Source: an archaeon (GTDB taxonomy: Archaea; EX4484-52; WAPT01). Taken from it: a stretch of 64,000 nt of DNA. The DNA lies in NCBI GenBank assembly GCA_029258795.1, contig JAPDKB010000007.1:1-64000 (forward strand), written 5' to 3'. This document shows positions 1 to 9,343 of this stretch, piece by piece. Position numbers and translations under genes: made by a program. The first letter of the stretch is position 1. The number at the start of each line of letters is the position of its first letter. The notes under the pieces are model-generated. The model worked only from the letters and a program-made list of their open reading frames with translations, was not told where the DNA came from and searched no databases.

Positions 1-2
1 CC

Positions 3-104
3 GGTGTGCAGGAAGGAATGGAGGAGAAGAAAAAAGGCCTTACAAAATCCCTTTTGGTTTTAACAATATTAGCGGTGGTTCTTCTGATAGTGGGGCTTCT
101 CTAA
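3..104 (+). CDS. 3' end of a CDS with a C-terminal membrane anchor (partial)
   Basis: Manual translation ...GVQEGMEEKKKGLTKSLLVLTILAVVLLIVGLL* ending in TAA at 102-104. Confidence 0.6.
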   Translation, partial: GVQEGMEEKKKGLTKSLLVLTILAVVLLIVGLL

Positions 105-148
105 AAACCATCAGCTAATTTAAAAATCTCTCATCGAAATAGTGTAAT

Positions 149-1012
149 TCACCCGTTTTTCAAAATATCGTATCTCTTAACAACATTTATCGCCTCGGGA
201 TGCTGAGGGTGACAAAAGATTATGGAGCTGTGACCGCTCCCGTTTTTGGCAGGAATCATATACGCGGCCTTCCAATCACCATGTTTTTTCAGAACATGGT
301 CTGGAAATTCTTCCGGTCTGAAATACACCATTTCAACCCTATCAGTTACAAAGCCAAATGCAACATCATCGTTCACCACACCAACAGGTTTATTTATTTT
401 TAAACTCTCAGGGGCTTCCGCACCGACCATAACCATTGTTTCAACTTCCATGAGCGATACGGGACGAAAAGCTGGATGGATGGTATTTTCTCGCTTCGCA
501 TCATCGATTCTGTTTACCATCGATTTCACAATATAGTACTGAGATTCGTAATCTCGAGGTAATTTTAAAAGAGGCTCAGCACATATACTTATTAAGCAAT
601 CGGGTTCGTTTATTTCAACATGCTTCACATCTCTCCACAATAACATGTATATTTCTACTTCGTTCAGATTTTTGATACGTTCGTATCCGTCTTTCGGGAA
701 AATCACCAATCCATCCCGAAATTCAGGATTTTGATCACTTATCCAACCTTCCACCTTCAAGGACAAATTCGTAACGATTTCAGAGAGTTTTCCATACCCT
801 TTCACACATTCTACATCTCCGCTATAATTATCTCCCCTAAAAACCTCAACCCATGAACAGTCAACATTTCCATTTCTTTTTAGGCCAATATCTCTTAGTA
901 GGTGTTCAAAGTCCACACAATCAACACTTCTCGGATCGAATCCATAAAGTTCCAGAGTTTTACCAGCATCCTCATACACTGAGTTTAACACATCATCAAC
1001 ATCCAGAAACAT
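149..1012 (-). CDS. hypothetical protein (287 aa), AT-richer than neighbours
   Basis: Long ORF with upstream SD-like GTGGAG; no family recognised. Confidence 0.7.
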   Translation of the reverse strand: MFLDVDDVLNSVYEDAGKTLELYGFDPRSVDCVDFEHLLRDIGLKRNGNVDCSWVEVFRGDNYSGDVECVKGYGKLSEIVTNLSLKVEGWISDQNPEFRDGLVIFPKDGYERIKNLNEVEIYMLLWRDVKHVEINEPDCLISICAEPLLKLPRDYESQYYIVKSMVNRIDDAKRENTIHPAFRPVSLMEVETMVMVGAEAPESLKINKPVGVVNDDVAFGFVTDRVEMVYFRPEEFPDHVLKKHGDWKAAYMIPAKNGSGHSSIIFCHPQHPEAINVVKRYDILKNG

Positions 1013-1068
1013 GCTTCAAAACTCCACAGCAAAATTTAAGTTCATTTTCATCATTTATAAATCGTAAA

Positions 1069-3300
1069 TCAGCGCTCCAGTTCGTTAAGGCTGCGCTGCA
1101 GCTCGCCACTTTTCAAAGCATCTCTAACCTTCTGAGCAGTTTTTTTGCCAAGAATGCTCTCCAGCAGAGGGAGTGACGCTTTCTCTACATCCTTGAGAGT
1201 TCTTATGCCAGCGTTGTAAAGCTTTCTCGCCTTGACCCTCCCAACACCCGGGAGAAGCACGAGCTCGAGCAGCTCTTCCTTCACGCCGTGCTGCAGACGC
1301 TTCCTTATTCTTTCCAGCTTGTTTACGATGTCGCGCTTCACACCCTCTATTGCCGCTATCTCCTTCAATGAATAAAGAAGCCAGTCCGCATTTTCAATCA
1401 TGACGCGCAAATCCCCGGGTGCAACCCCGTAATTGGACGCTATCACATCTTCCTTCACTTCATCCATCCACGCCTTGAGCACAAGAGCGGCTTTAACGGC
1501 ATACATGTGCTTGGCCATCTCAAAACTCCAGAGCGGCGGAAGCTCGGTAAGCAGTTTGTCCTCATACTCCTCCAGCAACATCAGCACTTCATCTTCCTCC
1601 TTCTTGGTGACTCTAGGTAACGGTCTGAATTCGGTTGTAAGCGCTATCAAGTGAAGGAACGAGATTTCATCTGCACGCTTGATATTCTCGTGTCTCAACC
1701 CGCTAAGCATTATGTGTGCTGAAAGCGGATCGATGTAGAGCTCGGAAACCCTCCTGCCGAGCTTGGTGGCTCTTATCTTCATGTCAGCAAGCAATGAAGA
1801 AGCTCTTGCAAAAAAAGAGGAGCTGGAGGAGCTTCTGGCTTCAATTTCCACAAGCTCGTAAACCTCAAGCATGTCCACAACCTTCCTTATCTTGGCTTCC
1901 AGCTCGTCAAGCTTTTTGTACTGGTGCGCATAAAACGTCTTCGACATGAACTCCATGAGCTGTCTGAAGGTGGTGAATGGAACGCTTGCTATCAACCCGA
2001 GCAGATGGATTCTGAGCACGGGCTCGACAGCAAGTTTTGAATAGATGGGTTCCGGCTTACCCTTTATGTAGTTTTCCATTATGTACTCCGCATCCCTATC
2101 ATTTCTTGCAACGGCTATAGCTAAACCTTCCTTATCATACTTGGGCCTTCCGCTCCTCCCTATCATCTGCTGGAATTCCAGCACAGGAATGTAGTTCATG
2201 CCCTCTCCGCTCTCGAATCTGTGCAGGTGTTTAACCACAACGATGCTGGCAGGCAGGTTCACTCCCGCAGCCAGAGTTGGTGTGGCCACAATTATCTTTA
2301 TTGCGCCCTTCCTGAACCATTCTTCCACCAGCTCCCGCTGCTTCTGCACCAGACCGGCATGATGAAAAGCCACGCCACACGCCACACATGAAGCCAGCTT
2401 CCTGCACTGCTCCGTGGGAGTTTCGAGAGCATGTTCCACCTCTTTTGCTACGCTTTCAAGCAGCGCTTTCTCGTTCTTCTTCACCACCACTCTTCTTGCA
2501 AGCTTCACAGCCAGATTTTCAGCATTTCTTCTCGAGTTTACGAACACAAGAAGTTGTTTGTTGCGCGCTGCAAAGTAGAGAATCATGTCATCAGCATCCA
2601 GAACATTCGGAAGAGTGTTCACCACTCCGTTCTCAAAAACAAGCTTACCGCCGAGAAAAACGGCCTTTCTGACCGGAACGGGTCTGTAGCTGGACTTCAC
2701 AAGCTCGGCATCGAGCCACTTGGCCAGCTCTTCAGCGTTGCTTATCGTGGCCGATAGCGCAAGAACGCGCAGCTTGCTCAAACTTTCCCTCAACTTGGTT
2801 ATCACCACCTCCAGCGTTGGACCCCTGCTGACATCGTTAAGCAGATGTATCTCATCCACCACCAGCAGACCAACATCCTTTATCCATTCCACATTGTGAC
2901 GCAGCAAAGATTCGAGCTTTTCGGCAGTCACTATTATTATGTCATAGTATCTGAGCCACGGGTCATCACTATCATAGTCGCCCATGCTCAGCGCGATTTT
3001 CACGTTAAGGTCTTCATATTTTTCTTTGAACTCCCTGTACTTCTCGCTTCCTATCGAGCGGAGAGGCACCACGTAGAGGGCTTTTCTTTTGTTTTTCGTG
3101 ACCTCATAAAGCGCGGCAAGCTCCGCGATAAGCGTTTTGCCGGAAGCGGTTGGGGCTGCAACTACCATGTTCACATCGGAAAACAGACCCGCTTTGATGG
3201 CCTTGATCTGGGGATCGTTCAGCTCAACCACACCATCTTTCTCCTTTATGCTCGCCACAACGTCTTCTCCAACAAAAGGAGCGAGCTCATCGATTTTCAT
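1069..3300 (-). CDS. hel308: Ski2-like SF2 DNA helicase Hel308/Hjm
   Basis: APTASGKT, DEIH, LSAT, FHHAGL, TPTLAAGVNLP, QMIGRSGRP motifs; C-terminal HhH LPGVGRVKARKLY. Confidence 0.95.
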   Translation of the reverse strand: MKIDELAPFVGEDVVASIKEKDGVVELNDPQIKAIKAGLFSDVNMVVAAPTASGKTLIAELAALYEVTKNKRKALYVVPLRSIGSEKYREFKEKYEDLNVKIALSMGDYDSDDPWLRYYDIIIVTAEKLESLLRHNVEWIKDVGLLVVDEIHLLNDVSRGPTLEVVITKLRESLSKLRVLALSATISNAEELAKWLDAELVKSSYRPVPVRKAVFLGGKLVFENGVVNTLPNVLDADDMILYFAARNKQLLVFVNSRRNAENLAVKLARRVVVKKNEKALLESVAKEVEHALETPTEQCRKLASCVACGVAFHHAGLVQKQRELVEEWFRKGAIKIIVATPTLAAGVNLPASIVVVKHLHRFESGEGMNYIPVLEFQQMIGRSGRPKYDKEGLAIAVARNDRDAEYIMENYIKGKPEPIYSKLAVEPVLRIHLLGLIASVPFTTFRQLMEFMSKTFYAHQYKKLDELEAKIRKVVDMLEVYELVEIEARSSSSSSFFARASSLLADMKIRATKLGRRVSELYIDPLSAHIMLSGLRHENIKRADEISFLHLIALTTEFRPLPRVTKKEEDEVLMLLEEYEDKLLTELPPLWSFEMAKHMYAVKAALVLKAWMDEVKEDVIASNYGVAPGDLRVMIENADWLLYSLKEIAAIEGVKRDIVNKLERIRKRLQHGVKEELLELVLLPGVGRVKARKLYNAGIRTLKDVEKASLPLLESILGKKTAQKVRDALKSGELQRSLNELER

Positions 3301-3344
3301 GGAGAAAACTTTACGGAGAAACCTTATAAATAGAGTGCAAGGAC

Positions 3345-4322
3345 TTACAGCTCCACCTCCTCAATTCTCCATCTCTGCATGCTCTTCACAGCCGTAATGT
3401 CCTTCGTTCCGTATGTGGGCGCCATCACTATACCCGTCCAGGCAATCATGGCTCCGTTGTCTCCAGCATACTCCTTCGGCACAACAAGGAACTTGACATC
3501 CCTGTCATCGCACATCACTCTCAGCATTTCCTGAAGTCGTTTGTTGGCAGCTACACCTCCGGTAAGAAGCACCTCCCTCTTTTCCGTATGCGCCAGTGCT
3601 CTTTCAACGGCCTCCACCATCATGGCAAAAGCATGTTCCTGAAAGGAATAGCAGAGATCCTCCAGCCTGTATCCCTGCTCCAGCTTCCTCTCAAGCTCCG
3701 TAACCAAACCCGAAAAGGAGAAGTCCATACCCTTCACAACATAAGGAAGCGGCACGAATCTGCCCTTCCTGGCAAGCTCCTCTATCTTCGGCCCGCCTGG
3801 AAAGCCAAGGCCGGCGCTTCTTGCAAACTTGTCAAGCGCATTGCCGATGGCTATATCCAAAGTTTCCCCAAACACCCTGTAGCGGTTGTTCAGTTTTGCA
3901 ATTATCTGCGTGTTACCTCCTGAAACGTAAAGCGTCACAGGATCCTTGGCTTTCGTTACGAGCAGCCCTATTTCCACATGAGCTTGACAATGGTTGACGG
4001 GCACGATCACTTTATCGTGCTTCAACGCAAGATACTTAGCCACGATCTCCCCGATCTTCAGGCACGGCCCCATACCGGGTCCAGCTGAGAAAGCTATGAT
4101 ATCAATCTCCTTCACACTCACTCCGGCTTTTTCAAGTGCTCTGTCCAATACCTCCCTCGCTACGGAAGCATGATGCTCCGCAACATCCCTTGGCCTCATG
4201 CCTCCATGCTCTGTGGTGAAAACGCTCTTTTCGTTGGCAAGAATCCTTCCCCTACCGTTTTCCTTGACAGCAATCCCGACTCCAAGGGTGTGGGCCGTGC
4301 TCTCAATACCGAGACAGAGCAT
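3345..4322 (-). CDS. kae1: tRNA N6-threonylcarbamoyltransferase Kae1 (not fused to Bud32)
   Basis: LGIESTAHT, VNHCQAHVE, YVSGGNTQ, GETLDIAIGNALD, DNGAMIAW. Confidence 0.96.
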   Translation of the reverse strand: MLCLGIESTAHTLGVGIAVKENGRGRILANEKSVFTTEHGGMRPRDVAEHHASVAREVLDRALEKAGVSVKEIDIIAFSAGPGMGPCLKIGEIVAKYLALKHDKVIVPVNHCQAHVEIGLLVTKAKDPVTLYVSGGNTQIIAKLNNRYRVFGETLDIAIGNALDKFARSAGLGFPGGPKIEELARKGRFVPLPYVVKGMDFSFSGLVTELERKLEQGYRLEDLCYSFQEHAFAMMVEAVERALAHTEKREVLLTGGVAANKRLQEMLRVMCDDRDVKFLVVPKEYAGDNGAMIAWTGIVMAPTYGTKDITAVKSMQRWRIEEVEL

Positions 4323-4384
4323 ATCAAGGTGTATGGAGAATCAGAATTTTAAAGGTAATGAAAAGCAGAAATCGAAAGAAGGCA

Positions 4385-4609
4385 TCAGCCGGACTGCTGT
4401 GCCGCCCGCGCTTCCCCTTCTTTTGCTTCCTTCGGCACTTCCACATACCAGCACTTGCCACAGAAAAGCCTGTTTCCGGCTTCAGCAAGAAAGCTCCTGC
4501 ACTTGGGGCAGAGTTTACCCTTTCTTATGACCTTCCCATCCTTGACCTCATACTTTTTCCACAGTTGCACCTTCTTATGCTTGCTCTTGCTCTTTGGTTT
4601 CTTTGCCAT
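4385..4609 (-). CDS. rps27ae: 30S ribosomal protein S27ae (eS31)
   Basis: CPKC...CGKC zinc ribbon; conserved rps24e-rps27ae-kae1 order. Confidence 0.92.
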   Translation of the reverse strand: MAKKPKSKSKHKKVQLWKKYEVKDGKVIRKGKLCPKCRSFLAEAGNRLFCGKCWYVEVPKEAKEGEARAAQQSG

Positions 4610-4657
4610 GGTTCATCACACCCTAAAGAGTAGTGGGAAAAAGTTTAAAATAGTTTA

Positions 4658-5044
4658 TCACTCGTCTCCCTTGCTTTCCTCTTCCTCCTTGCCCTCCTTT
4701 TGCTCTTCCTTACCCTCTTCCTTCTCTTCCGAAGCTTTCTCAGCTCCACCTTCCTGCTCTGTCTGGCTTTCTTCGCCGCCTTCCTCCTTTTCCTCCTTCA
4801 CCTCGACCTTCTTCTCCCTCACCGGCTTGTCGAACACAAACGCTATTACTTTCGCTTCCTGCCTGCCGAAGCGCTGGTAAATTTTATCCACTTCCACGTG
4901 CGTGTCATCAACCTTCAGCACCTTTGCGAGCTCCACGAGCACTTCATCCCTTTTAGGAGTGGGGCCCTGAAAAGCAATTATCGCCTCTATTTCCCTTCTC
5001 TCAAGTAAGGGGTTCTTGACATCCTTGACGATCGTTATCTCCAT
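4658..5044 (-). CDS. rps24e: 30S ribosomal protein S24e with acidic C-terminal tail
   Basis: NPLLERREI, PTPKRDEV, FGRQEA; gene context. Confidence 0.92.
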   Translation of the reverse strand: MEITIVKDVKNPLLERREIEAIIAFQGPTPKRDEVLVELAKVLKVDDTHVEVDKIYQRFGRQEAKVIAFVFDKPVREKKVEVKEEKEEGGEESQTEQEGGAEKASEEKEEGKEEQKEGKEEEESKGDE

Positions 5045-5090
5045 AACATCACACCTCCAGCATACTTATTGATGATCGAATAGGACAAGC

Positions 5091-5270
5091 TCAGTAAACA
5101 TTGAGAGCATACTTGCCCGGGGCTTCAATGCCGAGCTTCTTGGCTATCTCGCTGTTCACATCCCAGATTATGACTATGCCCTTCCAGTTTCTGGTGAGGT
5201 CCTTACTACCACACACAGCACATTCATTACCCTCTTCCACAATCCTCTTGCAGACCCGACAAGCTTTCAT
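5091..5270 (-). CDS. spt4: transcription elongation factor Spt4 (RpoE''), not in the ORF track
   Basis: Manual translation MKACRVCKRIVEEGNECAVCGSKDLTRNWKGIVIIWDVNSEIAKKLGIEAPGKYALNVY (59 aa), directly downstream of rpoE'. Confidence 0.95.
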   Translation of the reverse strand: MKACRVCKRIVEEGNECAVCGSKDLTRNWKGIVIIWDVNSEIAKKLGIEAPGKYALNVY

Positions 5271-5291
5271 TCAACCTCACCACACACACCG

Positions 5292-5861
5292 CTACTTCTT
5301 ATCCTGAGTTTTTTCCTTCTCCTCTCTTTCCATCTTAATCCATTCCAGCGCTCCAAGTCCGGGCTGCCTCATGGTCAAAATTATCTTGTTCTGCTCGCTC
5401 TTCTTCATGCTCACACCTATAATTCTGGCTCTCACGATGTGACCCACTCTCAACGTCTTTTTGGTATCTCTACCCACCAGCATAATGTTCTTTCTGTCGT
5501 AGCTCAGGTAATCGTTTGTAACTTGTGAGATGTGGCACAATGCATCTATCGGTCCAAATCGCACAAACACGCCGAACTCAGCAATATCGACAACTTGTCC
5601 TTCCACCACTTCATTAAGCATGGGCTTGAACACGAGCGCTTTGAACTTCACAGGATAGTGCACACCCGGATCTTCAACAATCAGTCTGCCCTGTCCAACT
5701 TCCAGTATATCCATTATGGCAAGCACAACTCCTTCAAGTTCAGGTACAATTTTGTTTTCATATTTTTGTGCAAGCGCTTTTTTTATCGCAACCTTCTTAT
5801 CTTCGTTCATCCACTCCGGCGGAACTCTCACCCTGTCTTCAATTGTTGCAACGACATACAT
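5292..5861 (-). CDS. rpo7: DNA-directed RNA polymerase subunit E' (Rpo7)
   Basis: VRVPP, S1 domain FGVFVRFGPIDALCHISQ, TMRQPGLGALEW. Confidence 0.95.
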   Translation of the reverse strand: MYVVATIEDRVRVPPEWMNEDKKVAIKKALAQKYENKIVPELEGVVLAIMDILEVGQGRLIVEDPGVHYPVKFKALVFKPMLNEVVEGQVVDIAEFGVFVRFGPIDALCHISQVTNDYLSYDRKNIMLVGRDTKKTLRVGHIVRARIIGVSMKKSEQNKIILTMRQPGLGALEWIKMEREEKEKTQDKK

Positions 5862-6007
5862 TCAAGCTCACCAGAAGTTGGTTTTTGAAAGTGAAAAACA
5901 AAATGTAAAGTTAAATGGGAGGGTAATTTTTTAAAGGTTTGTGAACGCGCAGACAAAATCTCGATGCTGAAAATTTTATAAAATTTTAATCCCCCATCAA
6001 CTTTATC

Positions 6008-6715
6008 ATGACGAAGGCGGTTATTCTTGCTGGAGGAAAGGGAACACGACTCAGACCCTTAACATATGCCGTACCGAAACCACTCCTCCCCATCAATGAA
6101 AGACCTATGCTGGAACACATTCTTATGCATCTCAAGAATCACGGCATTAATGAGTTCATAATAACAGTTGGATATCTTGGTTATCAGATCAAAAATTACT
6201 TCAGGGATGGTAGCGATCTGGGAATAAAGATCGAATATGCTGAGGAGAAGGAGCCGCTTGGCACGGCTGGCTGTCTCCTTCCGATCAAGGACAAGCTGCA
6301 GGAAACATTCCTGCTTTATGGCGGAGACAACGTAACCACCATGAATATAAGTAAGTTCTTGGAGTTCCACAAGGAAAAGGGAGGTATAGTGACGGTTGCG
6401 CTAAGCGAGATGGAAATACCTATAGAGTATGGAGTTGTGGAGTTTGACGAGGATCACGTCATCACGGGCTTCAGAGAAAAACCGCGACTCAAGTTCAACA
6501 CCGTTACCATGATCATGGCGGTTGAGCCGCGCATATTTGAGTATATAGAGCCGGGTTTCAGCAACATAACCGATCACGTGTTTCCAAAGCTCCTGAAGGC
6601 GGGAGAAAAAATAGTTGCCTACCCGTTCCGCGATTTCTGGCTGGATGTTGGAAGACCAGATGACTACCACAAGGTTAACAACGTGCTCAACTCAAACGTG
6701 CAGAATCAGTCCTGA
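6008..6715 (+). CDS. sugar-phosphate nucleotidyltransferase (NTP_transferase family)
   Basis: ILAGGKGTRLRPLT...PKPLLP, EPLGTAG, FREKP, WLDVG. Confidence 0.9.
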   Translation: MTKAVILAGGKGTRLRPLTYAVPKPLLPINERPMLEHILMHLKNHGINEFIITVGYLGYQIKNYFRDGSDLGIKIEYAEEKEPLGTAGCLLPIKDKLQETFLLYGGDNVTTMNISKFLEFHKEKGGIVTVALSEMEIPIEYGVVEFDEDHVITGFREKPRLKFNTVTMIMAVEPRIFEYIEPGFSNITDHVFPKLLKAGEKIVAYPFRDFWLDVGRPDDYHKVNNVLNSNVQNQS

Positions 6716-6756
6716 TTTCAGCTTTCTATTTAACTTTTTGTAACCAACCCATTAGC

Positions 6757-9309
6757 ATGAGTCATGAGGAAATAAAGAATGAGATGAGAAGCAATAACGA
6801 TGTGCAGTATTTCTCACATCCCTTACTGAAACCCAACAAAATGGAAAGGAGAAAATATCAGGAAATAATAGCTGCAAGCTGCTGCAACAAGAACTCACTG
6901 GTGGTGCTTCCTACAGGGCTTGGAAAGACACCCATAGCAATTCTCGTTGCGGCACACCGTCTTCACAGGTTTCCCGAAAGCAGGGTGCTTGTACTTGCTC
7001 CCACAAAGCCGCTTGTGGAGCAGCATCGAAAGACCTTTGAAGAGTTCATGAACCTGCCTCCCGATGCTTTTGTGGTGGTTACCGGTAAGATCAAAAGGGA
7101 TAAAAGGGCTGAGCTGTGGAGAAAAGGTAAGGTCATCTTCGCAACCCCGCAGGTGGTGGAGAACGATATAATGACCGGATTGCTCAACCTCCACGACTTC
7201 TCCCTCATTGTTTTTGATGAGGCGCATCGCGCTGTTGGAGATTATGCTTACACGCACATAGCAAAGAGGTATATGGAGGAAGGAGAAAACTCTCTGATAC
7301 TTGGCTTAACCGCATCTCCCGGTGGTACTGCTGAAAAGATAGGTGCGATATGTGGCAACCTCTTCATAGAGAACGTGGAGATAAAGACGGAGCATGACTG
7401 GGATGTCAAACCCTATGTTGCCAAAAAGGAGATGGAGTGGGTGATGGTAAAGCTGCCTGATGAATTCATGAAAGCTCTGAAATTGCTTGAAGAAGCGTTG
7501 AGCAAGCAGCTTGAAACTCTCAGAGAGTGCGGGTTCATGGAAGTGCCGGCAAGCCCGAGAAAAATCAGTAAGAAGGTGTTGCTCGAGCTGCAGAACAGAA
7601 TAATGAAAGCTCTGGATAGGCGCGAAGCTAAGGCGTATCTTTTTTCAGCGGCTCAGGCGAATGCCATAGCCCTAAAGATATTGCATGCCATAGAACTTTT
7701 GCAGACGCAGGGTGTTAAGCCGTGTTATGAATTTTTCAGAAAGCTGGATGAGGAGAGAGAAAGCAGAGCGGACGAGCTCTTGCTTGCGGATGAAAAAGTT
7801 CGCGCTGCCATAGCAATACTCGCTTGGATGATGGAGCGCGGGATAGAACATCCGAAACTGAGAGTGCTCACAAAACTCCTCCAAAAGGAGCTGACAGGTA
7901 AGGATAAGAAAGCCATAGTTTTCACACAGTATGTAAAGACAGCTGAACTTATAGTTGAACATCTTAAGAAAGTTGGGCACCTCAAACCTGTTCTGTTTGT
8001 GGGTCAGAGAAAGGGCTTCACCCAGAAAAAGCAGCTGGAGGTCATGGAAGCTTTCAGGAAAGGACTTTACAATGTGCTTGTGGCTTCATCCGTTGCGGAG
8101 GAAGGGCTTGATATTCCAAAGGTGGATGTGGTTGTGTTTTACGAGCCAATCCCATCAGAGATAAGGAGCATACAGCGCCGCGGCAGGACGGGCAGGTTTG
8201 GAGCGGGTAAAATTTACATTCTTATAGGAAAGGGGACGATGGACGAAGCTTTTTACTGGAGCGCATACCACAAGGAAAGAAAGATGATGCGTTACCTCCA
8301 GAAGCTCAGAAGGGAGCTTCGAGGGACGAGCGTTAAGGTGAGAAGTGTACCGCCCATTTTCAGGGAAGCGAGCAATAATGTAGAAATTGCATCACATCAC
8401 ACACCTCGTGGTGGAGAAGGAGGAAGTACTGAGGAAAATAAAGGTGTGGCAGAAGTCAGGAAATCATCTTTGCCCGTCCAGATGTCGCTTGATAATTTTT
8501 TGAAGAATTTAGGTGTGTTAGGAAGTAATGGAAGGAATAAAAACACAGAAAATAAAGGGGAGCGAGGAGAGAGTAATGAGGAAGAGAACGGAAATGACGG
8601 TACGGGAGGAGAGGAGGACGCAAGCATTTCTGAAAAGGGGAATAGGAAGAACAGCGCTCCGATCATCTATGTGGATTCTCGCGAGAGAAAACTCATTCGA
8701 ATTCTGCAGGAGTTTGGCGCGGATGTGAGAGTAAAACAGGTGGATGTTGGTGATTTCCAGCTTTCCACACGTGTGGGTGTGGAGAGAAAGACAGCCAAGG
8801 ATTTCGTTAACTCGATAATTGATGGTCGCCTTTTCAACCAGCTCAAAAACCTTGCGGATGCGTTTGAAAAGCCCATACTCATAATCGAGGGAAAGGATTA
8901 CGGGTTGAGGAATGTGCATCCCAATGCGATTAGAGGAGCGATTGCATCAGCGGTGCTGGATTTCGGAATCACAACACTCTTTACGGAGGATGAGCGAGAA
9001 ACTGCGTTGCTTCTGATTGCACTTGCAAGGAGGGAGCAGGAAGGTGAAAAAAGCGCGGTCGGCATAAGAACGAAAAAACAACCCAGAAGTTTGGCAGAAC
9101 TACAGGAGTTTGTGGTTGCAGGATTGCCGGGAGTCAATGCTAAGCTAGCCAGAAGGTTATTGAGTCATTTTGGTTCTGTCAGAAGAGTGTTTATGGCGGA
9201 TGAGCATGAACTTCAGAAGGTGGAAGGAATAGGTAAAAAGAAAGCAAGAGAAATAACAGGGCTTCTGGATGCGAAGTATGAGGGGAGAGATGACGATAAT
9301 GAGAGCTAA
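6757..9309 (+). CDS. hef: Hef helicase/nuclease (FANCM-like helicase plus ERCC4 nuclease and HhH)
   Basis: LPTGLGKT, DEAH, QRRGRTGR; disordered linker; VDSRE, GDF, ERKTAKD nuclease motif; tandem HhH. Confidence 0.95.
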   Translation: MSHEEIKNEMRSNNDVQYFSHPLLKPNKMERRKYQEIIAASCCNKNSLVVLPTGLGKTPIAILVAAHRLHRFPESRVLVLAPTKPLVEQHRKTFEEFMNLPPDAFVVVTGKIKRDKRAELWRKGKVIFATPQVVENDIMTGLLNLHDFSLIVFDEAHRAVGDYAYTHIAKRYMEEGENSLILGLTASPGGTAEKIGAICGNLFIENVEIKTEHDWDVKPYVAKKEMEWVMVKLPDEFMKALKLLEEALSKQLETLRECGFMEVPASPRKISKKVLLELQNRIMKALDRREAKAYLFSAAQANAIALKILHAIELLQTQGVKPCYEFFRKLDEERESRADELLLADEKVRAAIAILAWMMERGIEHPKLRVLTKLLQKELTGKDKKAIVFTQYVKTAELIVEHLKKVGHLKPVLFVGQRKGFTQKKQLEVMEAFRKGLYNVLVASSVAEEGLDIPKVDVVVFYEPIPSEIRSIQRRGRTGRFGAGKIYILIGKGTMDEAFYWSAYHKERKMMRYLQKLRRELRGTSVKVRSVPPIFREASNNVEIASHHTPRGGEGGSTEENKGVAEVRKSSLPVQMSLDNFLKNLGVLGSNGRNKNTENKGERGESNEEENGNDGTGGEEDASISEKGNRKNSAPIIYVDSRERKLIRILQEFGADVRVKQVDVGDFQLSTRVGVERKTAKDFVNSIIDGRLFNQLKNLADAFEKPILIIEGKDYGLRNVHPNAIRGAIASAVLDFGITTLFTEDERETALLLIALARREQEGEKSAVGIRTKKQPRSLAELQEFVVAGLPGVNAKLARRLLSHFGSVRRVFMADEHELQKVEGIGKKKAREITGLLDAKYEGRDDDNES

Positions 9310-9343
9310 ACTTTATTAACTGCCATTTCCTCAAATAAATGAT

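Noticed and set aside
1810-1840. Ser run and A7/T7 tract in hel308, possible slippage site
   Set aside because: Frame is intact and the protein is full length; likely a loop insertion
8340-8660. Low-complexity G/E/N-rich insert in Hef, possible intein or insertion
   Set aside because: No Cys/Ser start, His-Asn end or LAGLIDADG motifs; Hef normally has a disordered linker here
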